This document shows, one piece after another, positions 16,297 to 25,228 of a stretch of DNA of 64,000 nt. The notes under the pieces were generated by a model. It was not told the origin of the DNA, searched no databases, and saw nothing but the letters and a program-made list of their open reading frames with translations. Position 1 is the first letter of the stretch. Each line of letters opens with the position of its first letter. This stretch comes from a virus, in the IMG/VR virus record IMGVR_UViG_3300045988_150292, positions 1 through 64,000 of that record. The stretch is one strand, 5' to 3'. The position numbers and the translations under genes are program-made.

Positions 16297-17118
16297 TCAT
16301 GTGGTCGCTGTAGTGGCCTTGGTTCCCAATGCCGCTATCAAGGTGGCATTCTGTCTCTGCTGCGACAGCTCAAGCTCTGCCCTGTTCAGGCGAAGCTGCA
16401 GGTCCTCCTGCCAGTGTCCGTTCAGCGTGTCGATGATGCGCTGTGTGTTGGCGTTAGCGTTGGTCTTCAGATCACAAGCCATCTGGCTCATCTGGAATCC
16501 CACGTTGGAGAAGCCTCTCTCCAGTCCTGTGTTCGTGTAGCTGAAACCCTGTTGCATTCCGTTCACGATGTCCTTCTGACCGAGCTGATTCTCATAACCC
16601 ATCTTGATGATGTTCTGCTGTGTCTGGCAGCAGCAGTCCTTCAACTGCTGTACGATGTTCATGTCACCGAGGTTCACGGCGTTGATGACTCTTTCTGCCG
16701 AAAAGCCCACCTGACCGCTAAGACGGTCGATGCCGCCACGAACATCACATATAGCAGAATTGAGAGTGTTGAAATCACAATTCAAGTTACCTGCCAAACG
16801 GTCAATAGCATTATTGTTACCCTTAATGGCATCCATCAGTAGATTTGAGTTCTGGTTGTCTGCCATCTGGGAACGGATAGCGTTTAGCTGACCTTGGATT
16901 TCAGCATTTTGAACTTTACTTCCATCGTCGCCCCACATCTTACGGGCAAACATCATCCATACAAGATAAACGAAGGGGTTATTCCATTGTCCGCCCATAC
17001 CTCCGTTCATCATCGCCGCCATAGCCATAGGGTCGTTACCCTTGTTTGCCATCGCAGCCCATGCCAGAGCGTCATTGTTCCTCGCTCCGTCACAACATAT
17101 AATCTTCTCTGCTTCCAT
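16297..17118 (-). CDS. Hypothetical N/Q-rich protein
   Basis: The start is moved to MEAEKIICCDG at 17118. 273 aa, Asn/Gln/Gly-rich. No family recognised. Confidence 0.5.
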   Translation of the reverse strand: MEAEKIICCDGARNNDALAWAAMANKGNDPMAMAAMMNGGMGGQWNNPFVYLVWMMFARKMWGDDGSKVQNAEIQGQLNAIRSQMADNQNSNLLMDAIKGNNNAIDRLAGNLNCDFNTLNSAICDVRGGIDRLSGQVGFSAERVINAVNLGDMNIVQQLKDCCCQTQQNIIKMGYENQLGQKDIVNGMQQGFSYTNTGLERGFSNVGFQMSQMACDLKTNANANTQRIIDTLNGHWQEDLQLRLNRAELELSQQRQNATLIAALGTKATTATT

Positions 17119-17165
17119 AATAAAAATGTGTTTGTGTCGTTTCGTTCCAAAATCAGAACTTGGTG

Positions 17166-17173
17166 CAAATATA
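17166..17173 (-). promoter_or_regulatory. -7 box TATATTTG
   Basis: Reverse complement of CAAATATA, about 48 nt upstream of the ATG at 17118. Confidence 0.4.
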
Positions 17174-17331
17174 GCCAATGTTCCGCCTAAGACACAACAT
17201 TGCTTTTCGTGGCAACATCCTGCCACATTACGGCACAAAAAAACAGTCCTGCCTCCCGACAGAACTGCCCTCCTGAAAAACAATTCAATAATTACCTTAA
17301 ATTTAGAAAGAAATCGTAGTAAAATAACATA

Positions 17332-17655
17332 TCAACTTAAATGATGAAAAGTATCAAGTTCCTCTTTCGTCCATCGGCGGCTGACATCACCGACGACCTT
17401 CTTCCCTTGCGGTATCTTGCCTTCACGCCGCAGCTTGTCAAACTTGCTCCTCGACATTCCGAGATACCTCATCGCTTCGGTCTTGTTGTAGGTCTTCTCC
17501 CTGCTGCCGGCAAACATCTCCAGGCAGCTGAGAAACCTCTCGTTCTGCTCTTCCGTAGTGCTGCAACGTCCGCTGTCTATGCGGTCTATCAGCTCTTGCA
17601 GCAACGCTCGTATCATCTGTAACGTAACGCTCAAAACCGTCTCTTTATTAGCCAT
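17332..17655 (-). CDS. Helix-turn-helix DNA-binding protein (Xis/AlpA/MerR-like HTH)
   Basis: The C-terminal KTEAMRYLGMSRSKFDKLRREGKIPQGKKVVG..RRWTKEELD pattern is typical of this HTH type. Start proposed at MANKETV. Confidence 0.5.
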   Translation of the reverse strand: MANKETVLSVTLQMIRALLQELIDRIDSGRCSTTEEQNERFLSCLEMFAGSREKTYNKTEAMRYLGMSRSKFDKLRREGKIPQGKKVVGDVSRRWTKEELDTFHHLS

Positions 17656-18068
17656 AGCAAAGATAATAAAATTATTGCTAATACACAACAGATTGGCACG
17701 AAATAATCCACCTTAATCTGCTCCCATCTCCCCAGTTTCTTCTCCACAGGGAACGGCACTCTCACGGAGTCCGTCTTCATCACCGTGTCCGTCTTGTTCG
17801 TATAAATATAGTGGTCCTCATGTTCCGTCCTTACCTTGTCCTTGAACACGGTATCTCCCTTCATCCACACGCTCACACTGTCATGCACCCACACGGAATC
17901 CCTTTTGATGAAGCTGTCCGTCCTCACCTTATATTCTGTGTGATATTCCGGCACACTCACATACCTCACGCTCCTACATCCCGTCAGCAGCGTCATTAGT
18001 CCGCACAACACGCATCCTACCAAGAATGCGGCAAACAGCCTTGCAACTCTTATCATTGCCTGTTCCAT
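17631..18068 (-). CDS. Unimolecular spanin (u-spanin) candidate
   Basis: MEQAMIRVARLFAAFLVGCVLCGLMTLLTGC provides a signal peptide with lipobox LTGC. The middle is beta-rich. A C-terminal TM helix (YFVPICCVLAIILLSLLWLI) is followed by KRRF. The gene sits downstream of holin and amidase. Confidence 0.55.
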   Translation of the reverse strand: MEQAMIRVARLFAAFLVGCVLCGLMTLLTGCRSVRYVSVPEYHTEYKVRTDSFIKRDSVWVHDSVSVWMKGDTVFKDKVRTEHEDHYIYTNKTDTVMKTDSVRVPFPVEKKLGRWEQIKVDYFVPICCVLAIILLSLLWLIKRRF

Positions 18069-18095
18069 AACATTTCCCTTTCTTTTATATACAAC

Positions 18096-18126
18096 AAAAG
18101 CGGCATCCCGACTTGTGGAATACCGC
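18096..18126. repeat. Cassette-boundary element, copy B
   Basis: Identical over 31 nt to 15011-15041. Lies 27 nt upstream of the u-spanin ATG. Confidence 0.85.
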
Positions 18127-18213
18127 CTGCTTAGTGATTCACCTCGACAGATTGCCTTTGCATATCTACACGAGTGAGCTACGGACACGTAGCCTTTCAA
18201 TATGACAAAGACT

Positions 18214-18660
18214 TTATTTGACTCTTGTAACGACCCAATTCCTTGTTCTCGGGTCGTAAGAAATTGCATCTCTGAACATGTTAAGTAAAAGAAGAGCAGA
18301 ATCAACCTTGTCTGCCTTGACTTTATAAAGACCGTTTTTGTTTTCTACATGTATATCATAGTTCCGTTCTATCAAGTCAAGACGTGTCTTATATTCGGAT
18401 ATGTCGTTTATAAGGTTCGCATTTTCCTTTACAAGGCTGTCTACGGAAATCTTGTTGCCGTTCCTGTCAGAAACCATCTTCGGCTCTGATACAAGACGGG
18501 TGTAATCTTGTATGATTTCATCTTTCTGTTCTATATCTTTCCTTAATCCGTCTATATGATAGTTGCTGATAAGGAAATAAGTTACGGAAAATACAGCCGT
18601 AACTATAAACAGTAGCCAACCCAGTGAATTACTATTTTTCTTTTCCATAACCGTATTCAT
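18214..18660 (-). CDS. Type-II membrane/coiled-coil protein (cassette 2)
   Basis: 148 aa. An N-terminal TM helix (LGWLLFIVTAVFSVTYFLI) is followed by a coiled coil. AT-rich. Confidence 0.55.
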   Translation of the reverse strand: MNTVMEKKNSNSLGWLLFIVTAVFSVTYFLISNYHIDGLRKDIEQKDEIIQDYTRLVSEPKMVSDRNGNKISVDSLVKENANLINDISEYKTRLDLIERNYDIHVENKNGLYKVKADKVDSALLLLNMFRDAISYDPRTRNWVVTRVK

Positions 18661-18904
18661 TTATTATCTCAATATTCTTTTCTCTCAGCTCAAAATATTT
18701 CTCCATATATTTCTCTTTCTGTTCAAGCAATTCTTTGGTGTGTCCGTTTCTCATCTCGGTAATCTCACGTTCTTTCTTTATGTTCTCGTAATACATCCCG
18801 AGTCTGAAAGATGTAACGGCAACGGCAAGAATAAAACCGACAAGCAAAGACAATTCCTTGTGGAGGGTGTTGAACTTCTGTAAAATGCCAACCTTTCTTG
18901 TCAT
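18632..18904 (-). CDS. Small membrane/coiled-coil protein (cassette 2)
   Basis: 90 aa. A TM helix (LSLLVGFILAVAVTSF) is followed by a charged coiled coil. Confidence 0.5.
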   Translation of the reverse strand: MTRKVGILQKFNTLHKELSLLVGFILAVAVTSFRLGMYYENIKKEREITEMRNGHTKELLEQKEKYMEKYFELREKNIEIINEYGYGKEK

Positions 18905-18921
18905 CAGCTTTTATTTTCTTG

Positions 18922-18929
18922 CAAAGATA
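18922..18929 (-). promoter_or_regulatory. -7 box TATCTTTG for cassette 2
   Basis: The reverse complement of CAAAGATA matches TAnnTTTG, 17 nt upstream of the ATG at 18904. Confidence 0.45.
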
Positions 18930-18952
18930 AAGAAAATTCTTGAATAGCACAA

Positions 18953-18979
18953 GCGGTATTCCAGCAAGTCAAAGAACGC
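18953..18979. repeat. Cassette-boundary element, copy D (inverted relative to B)
   Basis: GCGGTATTCCAGCAAGTCAAAGAACGC, 26/27 identical to copy C. Confidence 0.8.
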
Positions 18980-19054
18980 CTTTTTGAAAAGCCCCTATCC
19001 TCACGGACCGAGGCTTGAAAAAATTAACTAACACTTAAAACTATGAAGAAAAAA

Positions 19055-19489
19055 CTAAATATCCTTATATTCCTCCACCGCGTTGAAGCAAGGACAGCTC
19101 TTCTCCCATTTCTTCGGTGTGTCCTCTCCCCAGATGCTGCGGTGCCCCATTATCCTTGCGGCAGGGTACTTCTTGTGCAGTATGCCAAGCAGCTTCCTCA
19201 GTGTCGCTTTCTGCGCAGGAGTCCTGTTGTCAACTGCCACAATCTTCTTGTTCGGTCGCTCTATTCCTCCCACATAAGCCACATTGATGGCAGTGGAATT
19301 GTAGCCCTTCACTCCATTGCTCACCTCTTCCACTGCGAGCATCTGATGTACGCCTCCGTCAGCAGTCACTACATAGTGATAGCCCGGCTGTTTCCATCCT
19401 TTCGCCTTGAACTCCGCCCAAAGCTCCTTCGTTCCCCAGTTCTGGTTGCTTGCCGTGCAATGCACGAAAATCCTTTCTATCTTTCTCAT
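19055..19489 (-). CDS. N-acetylmuramoyl-L-alanine amidase endolysin (Amidase_2/PGRP type)
   Basis: IFVHCTAS..., GYHYVV..DG, NSTAINVAYVGG and a C-terminal CPCF pattern, as in T7-lysozyme-type amidases. Start proposed at 19489, 1 nt after the holin stop. Confidence 0.75.
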   Translation of the reverse strand: MRKIERIFVHCTASNQNWGTKELWAEFKAKGWKQPGYHYVVTADGGVHQMLAVEEVSNGVKGYNSTAINVAYVGGIERPNKKIVAVDNRTPAQKATLRKLLGILHKKYPAARIMGHRSIWGEDTPKKWEKSCPCFNAVEEYKDI

Positions 19490-19490
19490 T

Positions 19491-19994
19491 TTAATTCTGT
19501 TTTTTGTCATCTTCTTCCTCAAGTGCCTCCTCGATCGCATCGCCTACGTCATTGTTGCGCTTGCGAATAAGGCAGATGATGAATTTCTTTATACTCAGTT
19601 TGTTTGTCACTCCGTGCAGGGCGCAGATATGCCCCACGATGCTGTCCACTTCCCAGATACACCCGAAGCCGAGTCCCACCGCCGCCGTTGTCACGTGGTT
19701 GGCGATGCCCAGCGGCTCGAAGATGCCCAGACCGAAGAATGTTCCAAGCAGCAGGTAGCCGATGTAGTCCATGAACTTGTTACAGGTTCGTCTTCCTGCT
19801 CTGGAAAATCTGAAATGCTCCTTCTTCTGAAGGCTCTCGCTCAGTCCGTACCAGAAGTCCGCCACTATCAGCACTGCTATCAGTATCAGCATCCACCGCA
19901 GGTCATACACTACGCCCAGTGCTTCCTTCGAAAATGTTCCGCTACTTATGAACAGGAAAATCCCTCCTCTCGCCAGTCCCTCATTCATGCGCAC
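19491..19994 (-). CDS. Holin-family membrane protein
   Basis: 167 aa with three or four TM helices and a charged C-terminal tail (EEALEEEDDKKQN). Lies immediately upstream of the endolysin. Confidence 0.6.
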   Translation of the reverse strand: MRMNEGLARGGIFLFISSGTFSKEALGVVYDLRWMLILIAVLIVADFWYGLSESLQKKEHFRFSRAGRRTCNKFMDYIGYLLLGTFFGLGIFEPLGIANHVTTAAVGLGFGCIWEVDSIVGHICALHGVTNKLSIKKFIICLIRKRNNDVGDAIEEALEEEDDKKQN

Positions 19995-20046
19995 CTCCTT
20001 TCGTTATTCTATTCATAATCTTTCTCATTCAATTCCATTTATAAGG

Positions 20047-20517
20047 TTAAACCATCAACTTGTAAACACACACACCATACACCATCCCCATCCCTGCCAG
20101 TTCCGCAGCGAGCCATGCCCAGCGACTTTTAGTCACCTGCATCACGGCTACGTAAGCCACAAGGCTCAAAGCAACTATCTCCCAACAGGTTGCCATTCCC
20201 CAGGCCACTGCGCACACCCCTGCCACCTTTGCAGCAGTCTTGTGCAGCTTCGCCTCGTCACCTTTGTAGTGTGGAGCAACGGCAACGAACACCAGTGCCG
20301 CGGCAGCGAGGAAGCCGAGGAATTTCCAGTTTTCGGGAGCCACTGCCACCATCACCGGCATCAGCAGTGCTGCGCTCGACCCTATACAGGCAGTGAAGAG
20401 CGTCATCCCTCCTTCGTAGGCATATTCGCTCACCACCTCCTTGGCTCCGTATCTCATCGCCATTGCGATTACGTATGCCGTGAATATCACGCAGCTCAAG
20501 ATTACCATCCACATCAT
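20047..20517 (-). CDS. Multi-pass membrane protein
   Basis: 156 aa with about five hydrophobic helices. Lies next to the holin. Confidence 0.5.
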   Translation of the reverse strand: MMWMVILSCVIFTAYVIAMAMRYGAKEVVSEYAYEGGMTLFTACIGSSAALLMPVMVAVAPENWKFLGFLAAAALVFVAVAPHYKGDEAKLHKTAAKVAGVCAVAWGMATCWEIVALSLVAYVAVMQVTKSRWAWLAAELAGMGMVYGVCVYKLMV

Positions 20518-21104
20518 AGGCTTACCTCCATTCTTAGCTGTTCTGGATAGCCCTTGGTGTAGTCATAGCCAAGCACCTCTTCCACGGTATTCAGTTCCGC
20601 CACCGCCTTCTTGTGCGCTGCCGTCACATTGAAGCACTCTAAGGCATACATCTCCAAAGCAGAGAGCAGTCCGATAGCCTTGTCGCAGTTCACTTCTATC
20701 TCCATTCCTCCGAACCACAGCGTTGTTGTCGTCTTTCCCATCGCCTTTGCAATGGAGGTGGAGTTCATCAATCCCACACGCGTATCTTTGTTCAGCCACA
20801 CCCTCTGTCCGTTCAGCATGAAGCCGTTAACGGAAGGGGAGGTGTCGTATTTGTCTATCTGTTCCAGCACCATCTTCTGTGCCGCAGCAGTCAGAGCAGC
20901 CTCCGATGTCATTCCGCCTGTTTCCAGACGCACACCGTCATACACCCACACCTTACGTTCTACAGCTTCGGTAGTCTCCAGTCCGTTCCCGTCAGGCATA
21001 CCACCCATTGTTGCCGTCTCCTGCTTGCCATTCACAAGCAGCAGAACAACACCATCGCCAACAGTCAGTCTTGGCTGCGGATTGTCAAAATAATACTTCT
21101 CCAT
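20514..21104 (-). CDS. DUF4376-like tail-fibre-associated protein
   Basis: NGQRVWLNKDTRVGL...ALEMYALECFNVTAAHKKAVAEL.TVEEVLGYDYTKGYPEQL resembles DUF4376. Lies downstream of the fibre gene. Confidence 0.5.
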   Translation of the reverse strand: MEKYYFDNPQPRLTVGDGVVLLLVNGKQETATMGGMPDGNGLETTEAVERKVWVYDGVRLETGGMTSEAALTAAAQKMVLEQIDKYDTSPSVNGFMLNGQRVWLNKDTRVGLMNSTSIAKAMGKTTTTLWFGGMEIEVNCDKAIGLLSALEMYALECFNVTAAHKKAVAELNTVEEVLGYDYTKGYPEQLRMEVSL

Positions 21105-21143
21105 TTTTCTTTTCGTTTTTTCTGGTTTGTAAGATATTTCTGA

Positions 21144-24100
21144 TTATTCGCCACGTTGCACGATTCGGCACTGGGCGGAACCTCCAGTAAACGCAGCCAT
21201 ATCATTCGACGGATAGAGAGCATACAAAGTCCGAGGCGAACAAGACACAGCATTCGCAGTGTTACGTAAACGCAAGCAAATACGGACACGCTCGTCTTTA
21301 CGACGGCTCCAATATGGATAGGATTGTGCAAAAAAACACTGCCAGCTCTGTATGTTGCCACCATTTGCAATTTTGTAAGGAGTAAAGCCGAGGCGGTCTT
21401 GTGTATATCCTTCTGAGAGGATAGGAGGACCGAAGGTTCCCACCTTGGGATATAGAGACTCAAAGCTGAAGGTTCCGAGGTTCGCCTTGGTGTATGTATT
21501 TTCGTCCACCCATTTCCTCTGATCTGTCTCCAGGTAGAAATCCACATAGGCGTCTCTTAACTGCTCCGGATTATATCTGCCTCCAGTATCGAGTTTGTTG
21601 GTTCCCACCATCTCCAAACCGCCACCCCAATAGGCATAGATGTCACCACTGAGATTCATGCCGTGTATCAGACTCATTCTTAACGACAGTTCGAGGTCGT
21701 AGGTCACTTGTGTGCTGGCATCCTTGTAGCCTTTACAGGTGCCTTTCTTGATACGGTAAACCTTGCAGTTCATCACTCCGTCAGAAAGTTTTTCTGCACC
21801 GGGGATATTCTTATATCGGTAGACAGCTCCGTATGCATCAAAATCCGTATCTTCTGCCACACCGAACTCCGTAGCCCACGATGCTGCCATCTGGCTCTCC
21901 ATGCACTGTTCCTTCGGTCTGCCATAGTTGATGTAATAACTGAAGTTGTTCGTGTCCATATTGGCATTCGCTCCAAAGTACGCTTGTCTGCCCAAAATGG
22001 AATAAACCCAGTCTTGGGTGCCCTGCTCCTTGGTGCGCACTCCGCCGTTCTCTCTCCAATCGTTTTCGTTTTTTACGTTGTCGTTGCTCGATATTCCCGA
22101 ACCGAAGAGTGCGTTGGCGTGAAGATTTTTCGTACCATAGAGCAATTCCATACAAATGATGAATACATTCAGAGAGTGATAGCCACCCTCGGCAAACGGC
22201 ACCGGCGATTGTGAATTGACATTAGACACACGGGCTACAGCCTTATTCATTGCCTGGGAAATATCACTGCTTCTCGGATATGTGCGTCCGTCGTCTACGA
22301 ACATCGAGCATACATCCTTTCCATATTGGCTTACGTGGTTCATCGTGTTCGTATCACCCACGGCATAGGTATAGAAAAAATTCCTTGCATTGCCGCCCAA
22401 CGTAGTAATAGGACATGGCGACATTGCAGTGCCGAGAAATGGAAATCTGCCGGTGTCTATACCATCATACTTCACGGGTTTTTTGAATATTCCTGTCAGC
22501 ATCTTGCCGCTGTCGCCTGTCTGACGGTCTACAGGATAGAGGGTGTCGTATCTGCCTATCATCACCGAATACTTCGTCTCCGTGGTCTCCCATGGCAACA
22601 ACTGGCGCACCTTGTTACCCTCGCCATCGTATAGGTCAACAAGTCCCAGGGAATTATAAACCTCCGCTGCGTCGTAAGGGTGCTCACCTGCCTTATCGGT
22701 TACAATAACACCATTTTTCAGCGTCAATGGAGTAGTGTGCTCAGCATCGGTATAGAGCTGCACGTCACACGCAGCACGCATCTCCTCCGTAATGCCCACG
22801 GTAGGTGCGAACGCTCCACTCTTGAAGCGGAAGAGATTGTTACCCATCAGCTCACCCACAGGGTGCGTAGCCTCTCCTGTGTTGTCGGTGTGGTCGATGA
22901 GATAGAAGTGCCAGTCGGATAAGATTTCCTTGTTGCCTTTGCAGTTCTTGAAATTTGGATCACCTGTCTTCTCGTCGTTCTCGCCGACATAATAGTCGGC
23001 CATGCCCTCCATCTCGCTTCTCAGAGTCTCGATGTTTGCCTTCGTTTCGTCCACCTTCTGATTAATCTTGCTGAGCTGCGTACACATACTCGCCGTCATT
23101 CCGTCCCTCACAACCTTCATCGTAAGGTCGGCAACGTCAACCTTATAGCTCACCACCACCTTGATGGCACTGCGAGACTGAAAGTTTGACACAAAGCGAC
23201 AATATCCGTCCTCTGGAAGTTCAGCATCGGCATTGAGCAGAGTCATCGGCTGATAGCTGCCCACGGTAGTTTGGAATGTAGCAGGCAGATAATCCACGGT
23301 CTGCCCTGTCTGGTCGTCGGTAATCACGCAGCTCTCTACAGCCGCAGCATCAGCATCGTATGCGTAGGTGTAAGAATGAGTCTTGCCATCGTATGTAGCC
23401 TTGGCAGAGGCTATGCGTCCCTTCTCGTCGTATGTGTATGTATATTCAATCGCCCTACGCTCAATCTTGTCGATATACTCGGCAAACACGCACACATTTC
23501 CGTCTGTAGCCCCCGGCTTGAACAGGTATTCGTTGCCAAGCTCGGCAGTAAACACCGCAATCGCCCAGCCCTGCTTGCTCACCTTCACACCGTCGGCAGA
23601 AATAGCCACGTTCTGCTCCGAAGGAGTGAGCACAATGTCAGGACGCTCCGAATACGGACCAAGGCTCTTTTTCATTCTCGCTACATCGCTCACATCACCT
23701 AAATCGGCAGTCTTCACTGTTCCTGTGCGGTCGGTAACGGTCAGCACATGGTCGTCGTCCATCACGGCGTTCACCTTGCTTGCTCCGTTGGCGGCGGCAT
23801 TGGCATTAGCCGTTGCCGTGTCGGCATTTGTCGCTGCCGTGTCCGCCTTGCCCGTAGCAGTGTAAGCAGCAGCAGTAGCGGCTTCGGCAGCAGCCACCGC
23901 AGCATCATTGGCAGCCTTGTTATCTTTCGCAGCCTGCTCACGCTTTGCCTCTGCACGCTGTCGTGAGAGCTCGGCAAGTACACGTTCGGTTTCGGCGGAC
24001 ACTCTTGTCGTCTCGTTCTCCTGTCTCGCCTGTTCCGAAGTGGTGCGCTCCCTTTCGGCTGCCGTGCGTTCCTGTTCAGCTGATTTGCGCTCTGTTTCAG

Positions 24101-25208
24101 CAGTTATGCGCTCGGTCTCATTCTTGCCACGTTCGGTTTCAGCGGTCACTCTTGCAGTTTCGTTCTCCTGTCTTGTCTGTTCAGAAGCAGTGCGTTCCTG
24201 CTCGGTAGCCACACGTGAGGCTTCGCTGTCCTTCCTTGTCTGCTCTGCCGTGGTGCGTTCCTGCTCGGCATTGTCCCTGCCAGTCTCAGCCTGCTTGCGC
24301 AGCGTTTCGGCAGCGTCGCGCTTGCCCTCAGCGTCTGCTCTCACATTTTCGTGCTGACGGCGCTCCTGCTCGGCATCATTGCGGTCGTTCTCTGCCGTAT
24401 CACGGAGCTTTTCGGTTGCCTTGCGGCTTGTCTCCGCATCCTCACGCTCTTTCTCGTTGCGGATGCGGTCTGCCTCGTCACTCTTGCGCATCTTCTCCGC
24501 TTTCTCACGTGATGTCTCGTTTGCATCGCGGCGCTGCTCGGCATCGCTTCTGCCGGTCTCGGCGCTCGCTCTGTTCTCCTCTGCGGTCTTGCGCAGGTTC
24601 TCGTCGCCCTGCCTTGCCTGTTCCGCCTTGTCGCGTGCGGTTTCGGCAGTAGTGCGCTCCTGCTCTGAGGTGATACGACCTTCTTCCGCCTCCTGTCTTG
24701 CCGTTTCCGCTGCCTTGCGTTCCGCTTCTGCTTCCGCTACATCTGCGGCGATGTCGGTGGCTGGCTTGCGCAGAAAAGCGTACCAGTCTGCGAGTGTTCC
24801 CGTGTTGCCCTCACTGAGCCACACTTCGTATGCCGAAAGTCCGGGCTTGCCTATGAGCACGTTGCTCTGTAGACTCACCATAAAATCCTCGAACTCCACA
24901 TCGTCGTCGCTCTCCTCGCAGGAATGTGCCACGAGTATGAATGCCTGGTCTGCACAGACTGTCCTACGTGGTGCTCCTTCGGTAGCGTCTTCGAGTATCA
25001 CCGCCCTTGCTCCCGTCATGCGCTGCATGGAAGCAGGGTAGACAAAGCTCACCACGCAGCCTTCCACTGTGAAGGTCGTGATTTCTTCTTTCCTATACGC
25101 CGACCTCAGGTAGAGCTTCAGCGCCTTCCCTTCGAGGCTCACGGCTTGTCCGTCCGTCTTCACCTCCCATCTGACATTGATGTCATTGCCGATTCTTACC
25201 TTTCTCAT
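21144..25208 (-). CDS. Tail fibre / receptor-binding protein (1354 aa)
   Basis: The N-terminal Ig-like part resembles BppU_N. The GKPGLSAYEVWLSEGNTGTLADWYAFL motif is common in fibres. A long heptad coiled coil is followed by a ~900-aa C-terminal globular part. Confidence 0.65.
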   Translation of the reverse strand: MRKVRIGNDINVRWEVKTDGQAVSLEGKALKLYLRSAYRKEEITTFTVEGCVVSFVYPASMQRMTGARAVILEDATEGAPRRTVCADQAFILVAHSCEESDDDVEFEDFMVSLQSNVLIGKPGLSAYEVWLSEGNTGTLADWYAFLRKPATDIAADVAEAEAERKAAETARQEAEEGRITSEQERTTAETARDKAEQARQGDENLRKTAEENRASAETGRSDAEQRRDANETSREKAEKMRKSDEADRIRNEKEREDAETSRKATEKLRDTAENDRNDAEQERRQHENVRADAEGKRDAAETLRKQAETGRDNAEQERTTAEQTRKDSEASRVATEQERTASEQTRQENETARVTAETERGKNETERITAETERKSAEQERTAAERERTTSEQARQENETTRVSAETERVLAELSRQRAEAKREQAAKDNKAANDAAVAAAEAATAAAYTATGKADTAATNADTATANANAAANGASKVNAVMDDDHVLTVTDRTGTVKTADLGDVSDVARMKKSLGPYSERPDIVLTPSEQNVAISADGVKVSKQGWAIAVFTAELGNEYLFKPGATDGNVCVFAEYIDKIERRAIEYTYTYDEKGRIASAKATYDGKTHSYTYAYDADAAAVESCVITDDQTGQTVDYLPATFQTTVGSYQPMTLLNADAELPEDGYCRFVSNFQSRSAIKVVVSYKVDVADLTMKVVRDGMTASMCTQLSKINQKVDETKANIETLRSEMEGMADYYVGENDEKTGDPNFKNCKGNKEILSDWHFYLIDHTDNTGEATHPVGELMGNNLFRFKSGAFAPTVGITEEMRAACDVQLYTDAEHTTPLTLKNGVIVTDKAGEHPYDAAEVYNSLGLVDLYDGEGNKVRQLLPWETTETKYSVMIGRYDTLYPVDRQTGDSGKMLTGIFKKPVKYDGIDTGRFPFLGTAMSPCPITTLGGNARNFFYTYAVGDTNTMNHVSQYGKDVCSMFVDDGRTYPRSSDISQAMNKAVARVSNVNSQSPVPFAEGGYHSLNVFIICMELLYGTKNLHANALFGSGISSNDNVKNENDWRENGGVRTKEQGTQDWVYSILGRQAYFGANANMDTNNFSYYINYGRPKEQCMESQMAASWATEFGVAEDTDFDAYGAVYRYKNIPGAEKLSDGVMNCKVYRIKKGTCKGYKDASTQVTYDLELSLRMSLIHGMNLSGDIYAYWGGGLEMVGTNKLDTGGRYNPEQLRDAYVDFYLETDQRKWVDENTYTKANLGTFSFESLYPKVGTFGPPILSEGYTQDRLGFTPYKIANGGNIQSWQCFFAQSYPYWSRRKDERVRICLRLRNTANAVSCSPRTLYALYPSNDMAAFTGGSAQCRIVQRGE
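23949..24731 (-). repeat. About 35 consecutive 21-nt (heptad) coding repeats, [A/S/T/N/D]E-x-x-R-x-x
   Basis: AETARDK AEQARQG DENLRKT AEENRAS AETGRSD ... AETERVL, spanning roughly aa 160-420 of the fibre. Confidence 0.85.
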
Positions 25209-25228
25209 GTTTTTTATTGTTTTTTTGT

